Source: Corallococcus interemptor
Lineage (GTDB): Bacteria > Myxococcota > Myxococcia > Myxococcales > Myxococcaceae
Reading direction: 5' to 3'
Length of the DNA: 64,000 bases
NCBI RefSeq assembly: GCF_003668875.1
Contig: NZ_RAWM01000039.1
Coordinates: forward strand, 2,394 to 66,393
Below are positions 1 to 12,492 of the stretch, in pieces; the stretch's first letter is position 1; every line of letters begins with the position of its first letter. The notes beneath the pieces are model-generated. The model saw only the letters and a list, made by a program, of their open reading frames with translations. It was not told the origin of the DNA and did no database searches. The position numbers and the translations under genes were made by a program.

Positions 1-2
1 TT

Positions 3-686
3 CATTACCTTCGCCTGGGCGGCGTCACCCTCGCCCTTCTCCTGGGCGCCTCCGTGGTGGCCCTGGGCGTGGCCATCGAGCGGCTCATCGCCCTCTGGGG
101 CGTGAGCGAGCGCTCCCGCAACCTGGGGGAGATCGTCCAGAAGCACCTCCTCCGGGGGGACGTGGCCGCCGCCCGCACCGCCGCCGAGCGCTCCGACGCC
201 GTGGCGGCCGACATCTTCCTCGCCGGGTTCGACCGCTGGGAGCGCTCCCGCTCCGCCGGTGGCAACAGCATCGAGTCCGCCGTGGAGCGCGAGCGCGCCC
301 AGGTGGGCCTGAAGCTGCGGCGCAACCTGTGGCTGCTCGCCACCATCGGTTCGACGACGCCCTTCGTGGGCCTCTTCGGCACCGTGGCCGGCATCATGCG
401 GTCCTTCAAGGACCTGGGCGTGGACGTGGAGGCCGGCGGCACCGGCGGCTCCGCGGCCGTGATGACGGGCATCTCCGAAGCGCTCGTCGCCACCGCCGTG
501 GGCATCCTCGTCGCCGTGCAGGCGATGGTCTTCTACAACTACTTCCAGGCCCGGCTGTCCCGCGTGCTGGTGGAGCTGCGCCTGCTGGGCGACGAGTTCG
601 CGGAGGTCCTCAAGGAACGCTCCGCGAGCGGCGCCCTGCCGGAAGCCCCGCCCCCGCGCGAGAGCGCGACGCAGCCCGCCCCGTAA
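3..686 (+). CDS. MotA/TolQ/ExbB-family proton-channel protein (N-terminus lies upstream of window)
   Basis: Reading frame is open from the window edge. The translation has TM helices and a TolQ/ExbB-like core (FGTVAGIMRSF...ISEALVATAVGILVAVQAMVFYNYF). It is immediately followed by an ExbD/TolR gene. Confidence 0.8.
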   Translation, partial: HYLRLGGVTLALLLGASVVALGVAIERLIALWGVSERSRNLGEIVQKHLLRGDVAAARTAAERSDAVAADIFLAGFDRWERSRSAGGNSIESAVERERAQVGLKLRRNLWLLATIGSTTPFVGLFGTVAGIMRSFKDLGVDVEAGGTGGSAAVMTGISEALVATAVGILVAVQAMVFYNYFQARLSRVLVELRLLGDEFAEVLKERSASGALPEAPPPRESATQPAP

Positions 687-701
687 GGAGACACGCCCAC
701 C

Positions 702-1157
702 ATGGCCATGGGAAAGACGCCCGGCTCGGGCGACGACGAGGTGGAGGGCGCGGGCTTCGCGGAGATCAACATCACGCCGCTGACGGACGTGATGCTCGTG
801 CTGCTCATCATCTTCATGGTGACCAGCTCCGTCATCACCCAGCAGGGCCCGGGTGGCGGCGCCAAGGCGGGCCTCAAGGTGAACCTGCCCAAGGGCGGCG
901 CCGCGGACGTCACCGCGCGCACCACGGACCTGTCCGTCGCGGTGCTGGCGGACGGCCGCTTCGTGCTCGCGGGCAACGTCGTCGCGGAGGCCGAGCTGAA
1001 GCAGGCCTTCGACACGGCGAAGAACCAGAACCCCGACACCGTGGTCATCGTGCAGGCGGACGAAGGCGTCCCCCACGGCACCGTGGTGCAGGTGATGGAG
1101 CTGGCCAAGAAGGCCGGCCTCGCGCAGCTCGCCATCGGCGTGCGCGAAGGCAACTGA
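702..1157 (+). CDS. ExbD/TolR biopolymer transport protein
   Basis: 151 aa with a single N-terminal TM segment (ITPLTDVMLVLLIIFMV) and an ExbD-like periplasmic domain. A GGAG-type RBS (taaggagac) lies upstream of the ATG. It sits adjacent to the ExbB-like gene. Confidence 0.85.
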   Translation: MAMGKTPGSGDDEVEGAGFAEINITPLTDVMLVLLIIFMVTSSVITQQGPGGGAKAGLKVNLPKGGAADVTARTTDLSVAVLADGRFVLAGNVVAEAELKQAFDTAKNQNPDTVVIVQADEGVPHGTVVQVMELAKKAGLAQLAIGVREGN

Positions 1158-1224
1158 GCGAAAGGCCCCCCGGCGCTTCACGTGCCGGAGGGCCTTCTTC
1201 ACTTCAGGACTTCAGGCGCTTGAC

Positions 1225-3069
<1,845 letters not shown>

Positions 3070-3256
3070 GGCCACTCCTGCGTAGGGGCTCGCTGCCTGC
3101 CTGCTTCCCGCAGGGCGGGAAAAAGTAAGGGTCAGCGGCCCATGTGACGCAGGAAGTGTGGCGTCGCCTGATTTTTGAGTCAACCCAAGATGACACCCCG
3201 CGTTGACGAGCGGTCGAAGCCGCCCTTCTCGAACGCGGGATTTCGTCTTGGAACGC

Positions 3257-3961
3257 CTACTTCCTGGCCTTCTTCGCGGCCGGGAGCGACGCCGTCTTCG
3301 CGGCGGGCTTCTCCCGGGGGGCGGTCTTCTTGGACGAGGCGCCGGAGCGGGGCTCGTCCGACTCCTCGTCCTCCTCGTCGTCCTCGTCCCGGTCGCGCTC
3401 CGGGGCGGCGGGCGCCGGGGCGCTCGAGGCGGCCTCGGCGGAGGAGGCAGGGGCCGGGACGACCAGGCTCTCGCGGGGGACCTCCACCACGATGGGGGAC
3501 TGGCCGGAGCGCTGCCGGTTCTCGTCCTCCAGCGAGTAGAAGAGCTGGATCTGCGAGCCGCCCTTCATGACGAGCTCGCCCTTCTGGTTCTCCGCCCAGA
3601 GGTCGATTTCGACGAAGTACCGGCCGCCGGAGCCGTGGCGGTCGCTCACGCGGCCCTTGCAGACCACGGTGTCACCCGGCCACACCATCTTGATGAAGCG
3701 GACGTTGTAGCGCCGCAGCTGGCCGCCGCGGGCCCAGTCGCTGATGAGCTGGCCCAGCATGCCCATCACCAGCATGCCCGGGGCGTACACGGACGGCATC
3801 CCCACGCTCTTGGCGTAGATCTCGTCCACGTGCACCGGGTTGTAATCGCCGGAGGCGCCCGCGTAGCGCGACAGCTGGACGCGGTCCACCGGGGCCTTGG
3901 CCAGGGCCGGCAGCTCGTCACCGACGCGGATGGATTCGAAGTAGAGCTTGCGCGCGGGCAT
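3257..3961 (-). CDS. MaoC-like (R)-specific enoyl-CoA hydratase / hot-dog dehydratase with a Lys/Ala/Pro-rich acidic C-terminal tail
   Basis: Hot-dog fold motif (YAGASGDYNPVHVDEIYAKSVGMPSVYAPGML). Its ATG overlaps the stop of the upstream MaoC N-terminal-like gene (ATGA). It is in an operon with the acyl-CoA dehydrogenase. Confidence 0.8.
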   Translation of the reverse strand: MPARKLYFESIRVGDELPALAKAPVDRVQLSRYAGASGDYNPVHVDEIYAKSVGMPSVYAPGMLVMGMLGQLISDWARGGQLRRYNVRFIKMVWPGDTVVCKGRVSDRHGSGGRYFVEIDLWAENQKGELVMKGGSQIQLFYSLEDENRQRSGQSPIVVEVPRESLVVPAPASSAEAASSAPAPAAPERDRDEDDEEDEESDEPRSGASSKKTAPREKPAAKTASLPAAKKARK

Positions 3962-4410
3962 CAGGCGTTCTCCTTGGCGGCACGCACCACGAGGGTCCGG
4001 CGGGCGCGGAAGACGAGGTTGCCCTCTTCGTCCCGGCCTTCGTCCTCGATGACCGCGATGTCCATCTTGCCGGACATGCCCGGCCGCTCGAAGACGTCCG
4101 ACACGCGGGTGGACACGTAGATGCGGTCCCCCGCGAAGATGGGCCGCTCGTAGTCAAAGCCCTGCTCGGCGTGCAGCAGGCTCTTGATGCCCACCCCCAA
4201 CAGCTCCCGGAGGTCCGCGGCGGAATGGAACGACGCGGGAAACGTGGGCGGCGCGACGATGGTGGGGTAGCCCGAAGCGCGGGCGTACTCCTCGTCGTAG
4301 TAGATGGGATTGTAGTCGCCGATTGCCTCGGCGAAGCGCCGGATGGCGCCCTTCTCCACCTCGTTGAGCGTCGGCGGCGAGGCGCGGCCAATCGCGTTCT
4401 TGTCCAGCAT
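3961..4410 (-). CDS. MaoC N-terminal-like dehydratase subunit (hot-dog fold)
   Basis: 149 aa with a hot-dog-like sequence (GDYNPIYYDEEYARASGYPTIVAPPTF). It overlaps the downstream MaoC-like gene start, a pattern typical of two-gene split dehydratases. Confidence 0.75.
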   Translation of the reverse strand: MLDKNAIGRASPPTLNEVEKGAIRRFAEAIGDYNPIYYDEEYARASGYPTIVAPPTFPASFHSAADLRELLGVGIKSLLHAEQGFDYERPIFAGDRIYVSTRVSDVFERPGMSGKMDIAVIEDEGRDEEGNLVFRARRTLVVRAAKENA

Positions 4411-4430
4411 TTCCCTCTCCTGATGAATCT

Positions 4431-5432
4431 TCAGCGTCCTGACGGAAGCTCGAGCACCGTCAGGAGCCCGGCCTCCGCGGCCGTCAAACGTGGCGCGGCA
4501 TTCACCAGCGCGTTCGCGGTGGCCCGGTCGCCCGCCACTCCCCCCGGGATTTCCAGCACCAGTCTGGGATCCGCGTCGATTTCGATGCGATCCCGTGGGT
4601 TGTCCGCCCCCACAGCGATGGTCAGCTCCAGGCGGACCCGCTCCTGCCCCTCCTCCAAACCCACCACGGATTGGAACATGCCCGCGACGCGGCCTTTCTT
4701 CACGACAAATGCGCCGCCGGTGATGTCCTCCTCCGCGAAAACCGGAGTCACCTCTTCCTCGAAGTCATCACAGTCCAGCCCCAGCCCCAGCGCCGCCAGC
4801 GCCGCGGACTCCACCAGCCCCACGTGGCCCAGCTCCTCGCGGTCCACCAGGTCGAAGAACTCCTCCTCCGACAGGCCCGCGCCCACCTTGCGCTGCAGGG
4901 CTTCACGCCGCGTGCGGGCATCCACCACCCGGCTGGCCGTCACCTTGCGCACGGGGCCGCACACCTGCCCGGCCGTGGCGATGAGGCGATCCAGCACGAA
5001 GCCCGGGTTCACGCCCGTGCCCACGATGGCGACGCCCGCCTTCTGCGCGGCGCGCTCCAGCTTGTCCGCCAGCTCCGGATACTTCAGGTGCGGGAACGCC
5101 AGCTCCTCGCAGGTGCTGGCCACGGGCAGGCCCAGCTTCAGCGCGTCCAGCAGCTGATCCATCACCTGGGACAGCCGTGAGCTGGTGGCGTGCAGCACCA
5201 CCACGCCCTTGCGGCGCCCCACGGCCTTCTCCAGCGAGTCGGACACCTTGAAGCGCGGCCCGGCCTGCCCCAGCACGTCGCTGAAGGGGCGACCCACCAG
5301 GGAGGGCTGCGAGTCCACCGCGCCGATCAGTTCCACTTCGGGGGACGACAGGGCAGCCCTGGCAATCTCCTGCCCGATGAACCCCAGCCCCATCACCACC
5401 ACCGGCACCGGCCCATCAGGGGCTCTAGCCAT
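4431..5432 (-). CDS. NAD(P)-binding oxidoreductase of the dihydrodipicolinate-reductase (DapB-like) family
   Basis: N-terminal Rossmann motif (VVVMGLGFIGQEIARA). The overall layout resembles the DapB/2,4-diaminopentanoate dehydrogenase family. It is the first gene of the minus-strand operon. Confidence 0.6.
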   Translation of the reverse strand: MARAPDGPVPVVVMGLGFIGQEIARAALSSPEVELIGAVDSQPSLVGRPFSDVLGQAGPRFKVSDSLEKAVGRRKGVVVLHATSSRLSQVMDQLLDALKLGLPVASTCEELAFPHLKYPELADKLERAAQKAGVAIVGTGVNPGFVLDRLIATAGQVCGPVRKVTASRVVDARTRREALQRKVGAGLSEEEFFDLVDREELGHVGLVESAALAALGLGLDCDDFEEEVTPVFAEEDITGGAFVVKKGRVAGMFQSVVGLEEGQERVRLELTIAVGADNPRDRIEIDADPRLVLEIPGGVAGDRATANALVNAAPRLTAAEAGLLTVLELPSGR

Positions 5433-5679
5433 CGGAGATTGCTCCCGAATTCCAAGGGGTTACAGCCATTTACGTTGGGTAGGCGGCCACCATAGAACAC
5501 GGCTCGACGGGCAGGCAAGCAGGACGTGGAGTCCCGCGACCTCCGGTTTGAGTGAAACTTCAAGAATTCCGGTGCTTTAGCGGCACTGGAAAGCTTGGGG
5601 GGGCCTGTTTGGCCGTCTGCGGACCCGCTATAAGACTTTGAGAAAGAACGCAGTCTCTTTGCTTGGAGCGAACCTGCCC

Positions 5680-6801
5680 ATGGCCCGAATCCTCGTGGTG
5701 GACGACGACGTGCTCATCCTCGCGGCGCTGTCCCGGATCCTCCAGGCGGAGGGCTACGAGGTCGTGACGCACAGCGATCCGGTGGTGGCGGCGCGGGAGC
5801 AGGGCTTCGACGTCGTCCTGACGGACTTCATGATGCCGTACCTCAACGGCATCGAGCTGCTGTCCGCGCTACGGGAGAAGAACCCCCGCGCGGTGCGGCT
5901 GATGCTGACGGCGGCGGCGGACTTCAAGACGGCGTCCGAGGCGGTGAACCGGGGCGAGGTGTTCCGGCTGCTGGGCAAGCCGTGGGCGCTGAGCGATCTG
6001 ACCAGCAGCATCCGTCAGGCCTTCGAGCACCACCGGCTGGTGGCGGCCAACGAGCGGCTGACGCGCGAGGTGGCGGAGAAGAACGCGGAGCTCCTGGCCA
6101 TCAACGAGGGCCTGGAGCGCCGGGTCATGGAGCGCACCACGGGGCTGCTGGACGGGTTGATCAGCGCGCTGGACTACCGCGACACGGAGACGCAGTGGCA
6201 CTCGCGGCGCGTGTCGCTGTACGCGCGGCGGCTGGCGCAGGAGATCGGCCTCACCGGCGCGGCGCTGGACGTGGTGGAACAGGGCGCGCTCCTGCACGAC
6301 ATCGGGAAGATTGGCGTGCGCGACTCCATCCTGCTCAAGCCCGGCCCGCTCACGCCGGACGAGTGGGTGGAGATGAAGCTGCACCCGGAGTTCGGCTACC
6401 GGATGCTGGCGAAGATGCCCTACCTGCACGAGGCGGCGCTCATCGTCCTGCAGCACCAGGAGCGCTGGGATGGCAAGGGCTATCCGCTGGGGCTCAAGGG
6501 CGAGGAGATCGTCATCGGGGCGCGCATCTTCTGCCTTGTGGACACGCTGGACGCCATCACCTCCGACCGGCCCTATCGCAAGGGACGCCCGATGAGCGTC
6601 GCGCGCGATGAAGTGCGCCGCTGCGCGGGCACGCAGTTCGACCCGATGCTCGCGGAGGCGTTCCTCGGCCTGCCGGAGACGGAGTGGGCGCGCATCCGCC
6701 GCGAGGTGGAGGCGATGGAGGAGGCGGAGAGCCACCGCTGGACGTGCGCGAAGCTGGACGCGAACGGACAGCCCGTGCCCGCTCGCGCCGCCGGGGCCTG
6801 A
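5680..6801 (+). CDS. Two-component response regulator with HD-GYP output domain (probable c-di-GMP phosphodiesterase)
   Basis: A CheY-like receiver (ARILVVDDDVLILAAL...DVVLTDFMMP) is followed by an HD-GYP domain (HSRRVSL...LLHDIGKIGV...HQERWDGKGYP). The ORF begins at 5638, but the receiver starts at the ATG at 5680. Confidence 0.8.
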   Translation: MARILVVDDDVLILAALSRILQAEGYEVVTHSDPVVAAREQGFDVVLTDFMMPYLNGIELLSALREKNPRAVRLMLTAAADFKTASEAVNRGEVFRLLGKPWALSDLTSSIRQAFEHHRLVAANERLTREVAEKNAELLAINEGLERRVMERTTGLLDGLISALDYRDTETQWHSRRVSLYARRLAQEIGLTGAALDVVEQGALLHDIGKIGVRDSILLKPGPLTPDEWVEMKLHPEFGYRMLAKMPYLHEAALIVLQHQERWDGKGYPLGLKGEEIVIGARIFCLVDTLDAITSDRPYRKGRPMSVARDEVRRCAGTQFDPMLAEAFLGLPETEWARIRREVEAMEEAESHRWTCAKLDANGQPVPARAAGA

Positions 6802-6817
6802 GGCACGAAGGCCCGCG

Positions 6818-8915
6818 TCAGGGGGCGCGGGTGCCGACGATGACGTCGTCGATGACCGTGCCCTCCATGAGCGCGTCCACCACGTCCATGCCTTGAATCA
6901 CTTCACCGAAGGCCGTGTAGCGGCCGTCCAGGTGCGGCTGCGGTGAGTGCGTGAAGAAGAACTGGCTGCCCCCGGTGTCCTTGCCCGACAGCGCCATCCC
7001 CACCGTGCCCCGGGCGTATCGTCGGCGCGTCATCTCGCAGCGGATGGAGTAGCCGGGACCGCCCTCCCCGTCTCCGCGCGGGTCTCCGCCCTGCGCGACG
7101 AAGTCCGGCACCACGCGGTGGAAGGTGATGCCCCGGAAGTAGCCCTGCTTCGCGAGCGCCATCAGGTTGCCGCCCGTGAGCGGCGCGTCCGGATCCAGCA
7201 GGACGGTGATGTCGCCCTTGCGCGTGCGCAGCGTGAGCGTCGTGCCGGGAGGCGCGGCGGGCGGACGGTACGTCTCCGGAGGCAGCTCCACACGGGCGGA
7301 GCGGACCGGAGCGCCCGTGAGGGACGTGAGGGACTCGGCCGCGACCCGGCGCACGTTCGCGTGTGGATGCTTCAGCCATTCGCGCAGGCGCGGCTCCGCG
7401 GCCTTTCCCTGCAACGCGACGAGCGCGCCGGCCACCGCCTCCGCCAGGTCCGGCTCCTTGGGGACGCGGTCGGCCAGGGCCTCCAGCGCGGGCAGGGCCT
7501 CGGCGTCCTTCAGCTTGCCGGCGGCGGCCGCGGCGAGCCCCGCCACCACCGCGTCACCGCCTCCAATGAGCGCGCGAATGGGCGCCATCGCTTCGGGCAC
7601 GGGGCGTTCGGAGAGGGCGTCCAGCGCGGCGCCGCGCACGATGGGGCTCACGTGGTTCAGGTAGGGCACCGCGAACGCGGCGCCGGTGGGCTGTCCCTTG
7701 AACTGCGCGACCTCATGCAGTCCCAATGCGAGCCAGCGGGCTTCGGGGACGCGGCCGAAGCCACACTCGCGGACCTGATCCAGCGTGCCCTGCTGCCGGT
7801 CCATCGCCGCCGCGATCCGGCAGTCGAGCCACGCCAGGTCCGCGTGGGCTTCTTCCGTGGCCGCGCTCCGGTCGGCCTCCGCGAACGCCTTCCTCCAGCT
7901 CACGAACACGGGCCGGCCCTGGAGCGGGAGTCCCTGCTGCGCCACCGCCAGGAACAGGTGGCCCTGTGCGGCCCTTCCCTCCGCCACCTGCTTCGCCAGG
8001 GGCACCCGGCTCTCCAGGGCGATGAGCGGGGCGCAAGGCGCACCGGCCTCGCACTTCGCCGCCAGCTTCGCCAGCGCGCGCGCTGCCTCCGCCGACACGC
8101 GGAACTCAGGTCCGCCCAGCATCAGATGCAGCGAGGTCGTGTCCCGCGGGCTGCCCACGTCGCCCAGGCCCTTCGCGCAGAGGGCCCTCGCATCCGGATG
8201 CGCGTTGGCCAGACAGGACCCGAGCGCCTCCACGGCATCCAGCCGCTTCGACGCCGCGAGGAGGTACGCCCCGGCGACGTTCACCTCGCTCCGCAAGCGG
8301 GGATCCAGCAGCGCGCGGATCGTCTCCAGGGGGACGTTCGCCACGGCCGCGGGCCCGGCCTTGCGCGCAGCCACGCCCAGCGCCGTCGCCGCGGCCTCGG
8401 ACCAGGGGCCATTGGCCGGAGAAAGCCGGGCCGTCAGCACCTCCACGGCGCCAGGCGTGGCCAGCTTGCCCAGGGACTCCAGCAGCGTGTCGTGCACCCG
8501 GGCGTAGGCTTCCGAGGCCTCGGCGCGCACCAGCGCTTCCGTGAGCGCCGTCCGTGCCTCCTCCGGCAGCGGCTCCCAGGACTGGGCCAGCTCCCCCGCC
8601 GCGAAGGCGGCTTCTTCGCGCACGGCATTGCGCGGCGCCGTCAGCCCGACGAGGACGGCCTCCAGCGTCGCCACGTCCTGGATGCGCGCCAGGGCCCGGA
8701 GGGCGCGCACGCGCACGGCCCAATCCCGCGCGGAGGTGGCGAGCCGCACCAGCTCGCCGTCTCCCAGCGAGCGGCGGTCCTCCCAGTCCTGGATCCGCTC
8801 GATGAGCTGTGCGGGCGACTCCTGGGGCGGAGGCACGTCGGGCGTCGGCACCGAGCGCACACAGGCGCTCACGAGGAGGAATCCGGCGGACACGGCGGCG
8901 GGCAGGCGGGCCATG
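6818..8915 (-). CDS. Lipoprotein with HEAT/PBS-lyase-like repeats fused to a C-terminal cyclophilin-type peptidyl-prolyl cis-trans isomerase
   Basis: The C-terminus has a cyclophilin signature (GYFRGITFHRVVPDFVAQGGDP...GTVGMALSGKDTGGSQFFFT). The N-terminal about 500 aa are Ala/Leu-rich HEAT-like repeats. The start was placed at the ATG at 8915 (MARLPAAVSAGFLLVSAC, lipobox-like). Confidence 0.75.
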
Positions 8916-8973
8916 CTCGAATTGGCTAGGTCAATTCCCCGCGAAAATCCAGGGGTTATGCCGCTGAACAGGT

Positions 8974-9978
8974 TTGACAGCCGCGCGCCGGGGCCGGGAA
9001 GATATCGGGCCGTTCCCCCCTCCCGGAGCACCGGTCCTGAACTGCCCAGGCTGCAATCGCAAGGTCGCGGACGACACCGCCATCTGCCCCAACTGCGACT
9101 ACATCATCGACCAGTCCTTCCTCGGGGGAGGTGGGGACGAAGGGGATGCTGGCGGTGAGGATGAGAGCACCGGCGTCCGTCCGCCTCCGCGCTCGCGGCC
9201 TCCTCCGGCCCGCGCCGCTCCGGAGCCCCGCGCGCGCCCTGCCCCGGCCCGCGCCAGGACGGGCGCCCGCCCCGCCGCGCCGCCGCCGAGCGACGACGCC
9301 ACCAACGTGCGCAGCATGGAGGACATCGCCCGGGAGAAGGCCCAGCGTGCCGCTCCCGTCCGGACTGGCTCCGCCAAGGCCGCTCCCGCTCGCGCGCCGG
9401 CCCCTCGCCGCGCACCGGCTCCCGTCGAGGAGGACGAGGACGACTCCGCGGACGCGGGGGTGGATCCCTGGTCCAAGGAGGCCCGCGAGCTGGAGACCGC
9501 GCGCTCCCCCATCGATGATCCGGAGGTCCTGCTGGACGACGCGCGCTCGTTCCTGCGCGAGCTGGAGGGCGGCGACCGCATCGCGTTCTGGGGCGCGGCG
9601 CTGGTGGTGCTCTCCTGCTTCATGCCGTGGAAGGAGACGGCGGAGGATGGTGACTTCCTGGGCCTCATCAGCCTGGGCTTCATCTCCTTCCTCTTCGCCG
9701 TCGCGACCATGGTCTTCGTGGGCCTGCGCTCGCGGCAGGTGATGAGCTGGGTGAACCCCATGCTGCCGTGGGGCGCGCAGATGGTCTGCAGCGTCATCAG
9801 CCTCGTGTGGTCGCTGGTGTTCCTGAAGATCTCCTCGGACACCACGCTGGTGCCGTCGCCGCTGGGCAACGCGGAGATGATGAACTCGTCACCGAGCATC
9901 GGGTGCTTCCTGGGCATCCTCGGCGGCGTCATCGCGGTGCTGGGTGGCCTGATGGGGCTGAAGCGCCAGGAGGGGTAG
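8974..9978 (+). CDS. Hypothetical zinc-ribbon membrane protein (N-terminal CxxC-x16-CxxC ribbon, Pro/Ala-rich linker, C-terminal multi-TM domain)
   Basis: Zinc-ribbon motif [20 protein letters not shown]. The C-terminal 150 aa are hydrophobic with non-GC-biased composition. The start codon is uncertain (TTG or GTG). Confidence 0.5.
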   Translation: MTAARRGREDIGPFPPPGAPVLNCPGCNRKVADDTAICPNCDYIIDQSFLGGGGDEGDAGGEDESTGVRPPPRSRPPPARAAPEPRARPAPARARTGARPAAPPPSDDATNVRSMEDIAREKAQRAAPVRTGSAKAAPARAPAPRRAPAPVEEDEDDSADAGVDPWSKEARELETARSPIDDPEVLLDDARSFLRELEGGDRIAFWGAALVVLSCFMPWKETAEDGDFLGLISLGFISFLFAVATMVFVGLRSRQVMSWVNPMLPWGAQMVCSVISLVWSLVFLKISSDTTLVPSPLGNAEMMNSSPSIGCFLGILGGVIAVLGGLMGLKRQEG

Positions 9979-10036
9979 GCCCGCGAGGATTTCGCTGCCG
10001 CGCCGGAGGGGAGGCGGGCTACCGTCGCCCGCCACC

Positions 10037-10972
10037 ATGTCCGACGCCTCGCCCCTCTCCCGCCTCCTCGACGCGCTGGGTTCGGCCGTCGTGGGCCAGC
10101 CCCGCGTGCTGACCGACCTGGTGACGGCCTTCCTCGCGCGCGGCCACGTGCTGCTGGAGGGCGTGCCCGGGGTCGCCAAGACACTCACCGCGCGCAGCAT
10201 GGCGGGGGCCCTGGGCCTGTCCTTCTCCCGCGTGCAGTTCACCCCGGACCTGATGCCCGCGGACATCCTGGGCACCAACGTCTTCCAGCCGCAGACGCAG
10301 ACCTTCCGGCTGATCAAGGGCCCCGTCTTCACGGAGGTCCTGGTCGCGGATGAGATCAACCGCACGCCGCCCAAGACGCAGGCGGCGCTCCTGGAGGCCA
10401 TGGAGGAGCGGCAGGTCACCATCGACGGCGCCAGCCACGCGCTGCCGCCGCACTTCTTCGTCGTCGCCACGCAGAACCCGCTGGAGCTGGAGGGCACCTA
10501 TCCCCTCCCCGAGGCGCAGCTGGATCGCTTCCTCATGCGCGTGCGCGTGGGCTACCCGGACGGCGACGGAGAGACCGCGCTGCTGCGCGCCTTCCACCAG
10601 CGCGAGGGCCGGCCGCCACAGGTGTCCCGCGTCCTGGACGAGGCCACGCTGACCGGGCTGCAGGACCGCGCGGCCCGCGTCGCGTGCGACGACTCCATCC
10701 TCCAGTACGTGGTGCAGCTGGTGCGCGACACCCGCGCCCACCCCCGCGTGCGGCTGGGTGCCAGCCCCCGCGCCGCGCAGGCCCTGCTCGCCGCGGCCAA
10801 GGCGCGCGCCGCGCTGCGCGGCACCGACTTCGTCACCCCGGACGACGTGAAGGACGTGACCCCCAGCGTCCTCAACCACCGCCTGCTCCTCAAGGCCGAG
10901 GCGGAGGTGGAGGGCGTCACCGCGGATGACGTGCTGAAGCAGATGCTCGAACGGGTGCGAGTGCCCCGGTGA
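10037..10972 (+). CDS. MoxR-family AAA+ ATPase
   Basis: Walker A in a MoxR context ([11 protein letters not shown]), Walker B ([12 protein letters not shown]) and a sensor region. This is the typical length of about 310 aa. Confidence 0.9.
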   Translation: MSDASPLSRLLDALGSAVVGQPRVLTDLVTAFLARGHVLLEGVPGVAKTLTARSMAGALGLSFSRVQFTPDLMPADILGTNVFQPQTQTFRLIKGPVFTEVLVADEINRTPPKTQAALLEAMEERQVTIDGASHALPPHFFVVATQNPLELEGTYPLPEAQLDRFLMRVRVGYPDGDGETALLRAFHQREGRPPQVSRVLDEATLTGLQDRAARVACDDSILQYVVQLVRDTRAHPRVRLGASPRAAQALLAAAKARAALRGTDFVTPDDVKDVTPSVLNHRLLLKAEAEVEGVTADDVLKQMLERVRVPR

Positions 10973-12306
10973 GCGTCGGGCGCCCCGTCCCCAGCGGCCT
11001 CGCCGTGGCGCTGTTCGCCGGAGCGCTGGTGCCCGCCGCGCTCGCGGTGGCGAGTCCCGCCTTCGGGTGGCTGGCGCTCGCGGTGGACGTGGCCGTGCTG
11101 CTGCTCTGCGCGGTGGACTTCCTGCGCGCGCCGCACGCCCGCGACGTCGAAGCGCGCCGCGAGGTGGAGCCCATCCTCTCCTCCGGCGTGGACAATCCGG
11201 TGCACTGGGAGCTGCGCTCGCGCTCGGACCGGCCCGTGCGCGGCGAGCTGCGCGACGAGCCGCCCCTGGACGTGGAGAGCCATGGCCACCGGCAGCCCTT
11301 TGCGCTGGAGCCGGGGGAGCCGGGTGGCGCCTCCACGCGGCTGACGTACCGGGTGCATCCGCCCTCGCGGGGCGACGCGCGCTTCGGCGACGTGAACCTG
11401 CGCCTGATGGGGCCACTGGGCCTGTGCTCGCGGCAGGTGACGCTGCCCGCGGGCCAGGACGTGAAGGTGTACCCGGACCTGCGCGCCCTGTCCCGCGAGG
11501 CGCTGACGCTGGCGCGCGCGTCCGAGGCCGTGTCCGCGCGCACGCTGCTGCGCAAGTCGGTGGAGGGGCGCGAGTTCGAATCGCTGCGCGAGTACCGCCC
11601 CGGCGACGACTACCGCCACATCGACTGGAAGTCCTCCGCGCGCCACGGCCACACGCTGGTGCGCACGTGGCAGCCGGAGCGAAACCAGCCCGTGCTGCTG
11701 CTCCTGGACTGCGGCCGTCACATGGCGGGCCGGGTGCAGGGGCGCAGGAAGCTGGACCACGCGGTGGACGCGGCGCTGCGGCTGGCGCGCGTGAGCCTGG
11801 ACGCGGGCGACGTGGTGGGCGTGCTCGCGTTCGCCAGCGACGTGCGCGCCTTCCTCCCCCCGCGCAAGGGCGCGGAGCACCTGCGCCTCATCACGGAGTC
11901 CCTGTACCGCGCGGAGGCCGGCCTGGAGGAGAGCGACTACGGCCGCGCGTTCGACTTCGCCTTCGCCCGCCAGACGCGCCGCGCGCTGGTGGTGCTCTTC
12001 ACCGACCTGGTGGACCCGGACGCGTCCGCGGGCCTGCTCACGCGCACGCTGGCCCTGCGCCCCCGGCACCTGCCCGTCGTCGCGTCGCTCTTGGACGAGG
12101 ACCTGGAGGCCGCCGCCACCGATGTGCCCGGCGACGCGACGTCCGCCTACGCGCGCCAGGCCGCGTCCCGCATGGAGTCCGAGTACCGCCGCACCGCCAC
12201 CACGCTGCGCGACGCGGGGGCGCTGGTGGTGCGCGCACCGGCTCGCGGCTTCGGCTCCGCTGCACTCAACGTGTACCTGGACGTGAAGGCGCGCGGGCGG
12301 CTCTGA
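10969..12306 (+). CDS. DUF58 domain protein (vWA-like MoxR partner)
   Basis: DUF58 core ([23 protein letters not shown]...[10 protein letters not shown]). Its start overlaps the moxR stop. Confidence 0.85.
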   Translation: MSVGRPVPSGLAVALFAGALVPAALAVASPAFGWLALAVDVAVLLLCAVDFLRAPHARDVEARREVEPILSSGVDNPVHWELRSRSDRPVRGELRDEPPLDVESHGHRQPFALEPGEPGGASTRLTYRVHPPSRGDARFGDVNLRLMGPLGLCSRQVTLPAGQDVKVYPDLRALSREALTLARASEAVSARTLLRKSVEGREFESLREYRPGDDYRHIDWKSSARHGHTLVRTWQPERNQPVLLLLDCGRHMAGRVQGRRKLDHAVDAALRLARVSLDAGDVVGVLAFASDVRAFLPPRKGAEHLRLITESLYRAEAGLEESDYGRAFDFAFARQTRRALVVLFTDLVDPDASAGLLTRTLALRPRHLPVVASLLDEDLEAAATDVPGDATSAYARQAASRMESEYRRTATTLRDAGALVVRAPARGFGSAALNVYLDVKARGRL

Positions 12307-12351
12307 GCGCTCACAACGCATTCGTCAAGCCCTTTGAAACATTCCAGCGCT

Positions 12352-12492
12352 CGCGCATGCGCGCATCACTTCGCCGAACAGCAGGCTTGCCAATCGCGCG
12401 GAGGCCGAGTTTTCGGCCTCGGGGAGGACCCCCTTTACAGATGCCGATCGCTGCCCAGAATGGCGCGCCTCAACTGTTCGCGCGCATGCGCG
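12352..12492. promoter_or_regulatory. Pair of GC-palindromes (CGCGCATGCGCG at 12352-12363; GCGCGCATGCGCGC at 12479-12492) flanking the SNF2 start codon
   Basis: Exact repeated palindrome, read directly from the sequence. A function as a regulator or methylation site is speculative. Confidence 0.3.

Noticed and set aside
5579-5594. Possible sigma-54 promoter (GGCAC-N6-GCTTG) upstream of the HD-GYP response regulator
   Set aside because: Only a partial match to TGGCAC-N5-TTGC. Too weak to call.
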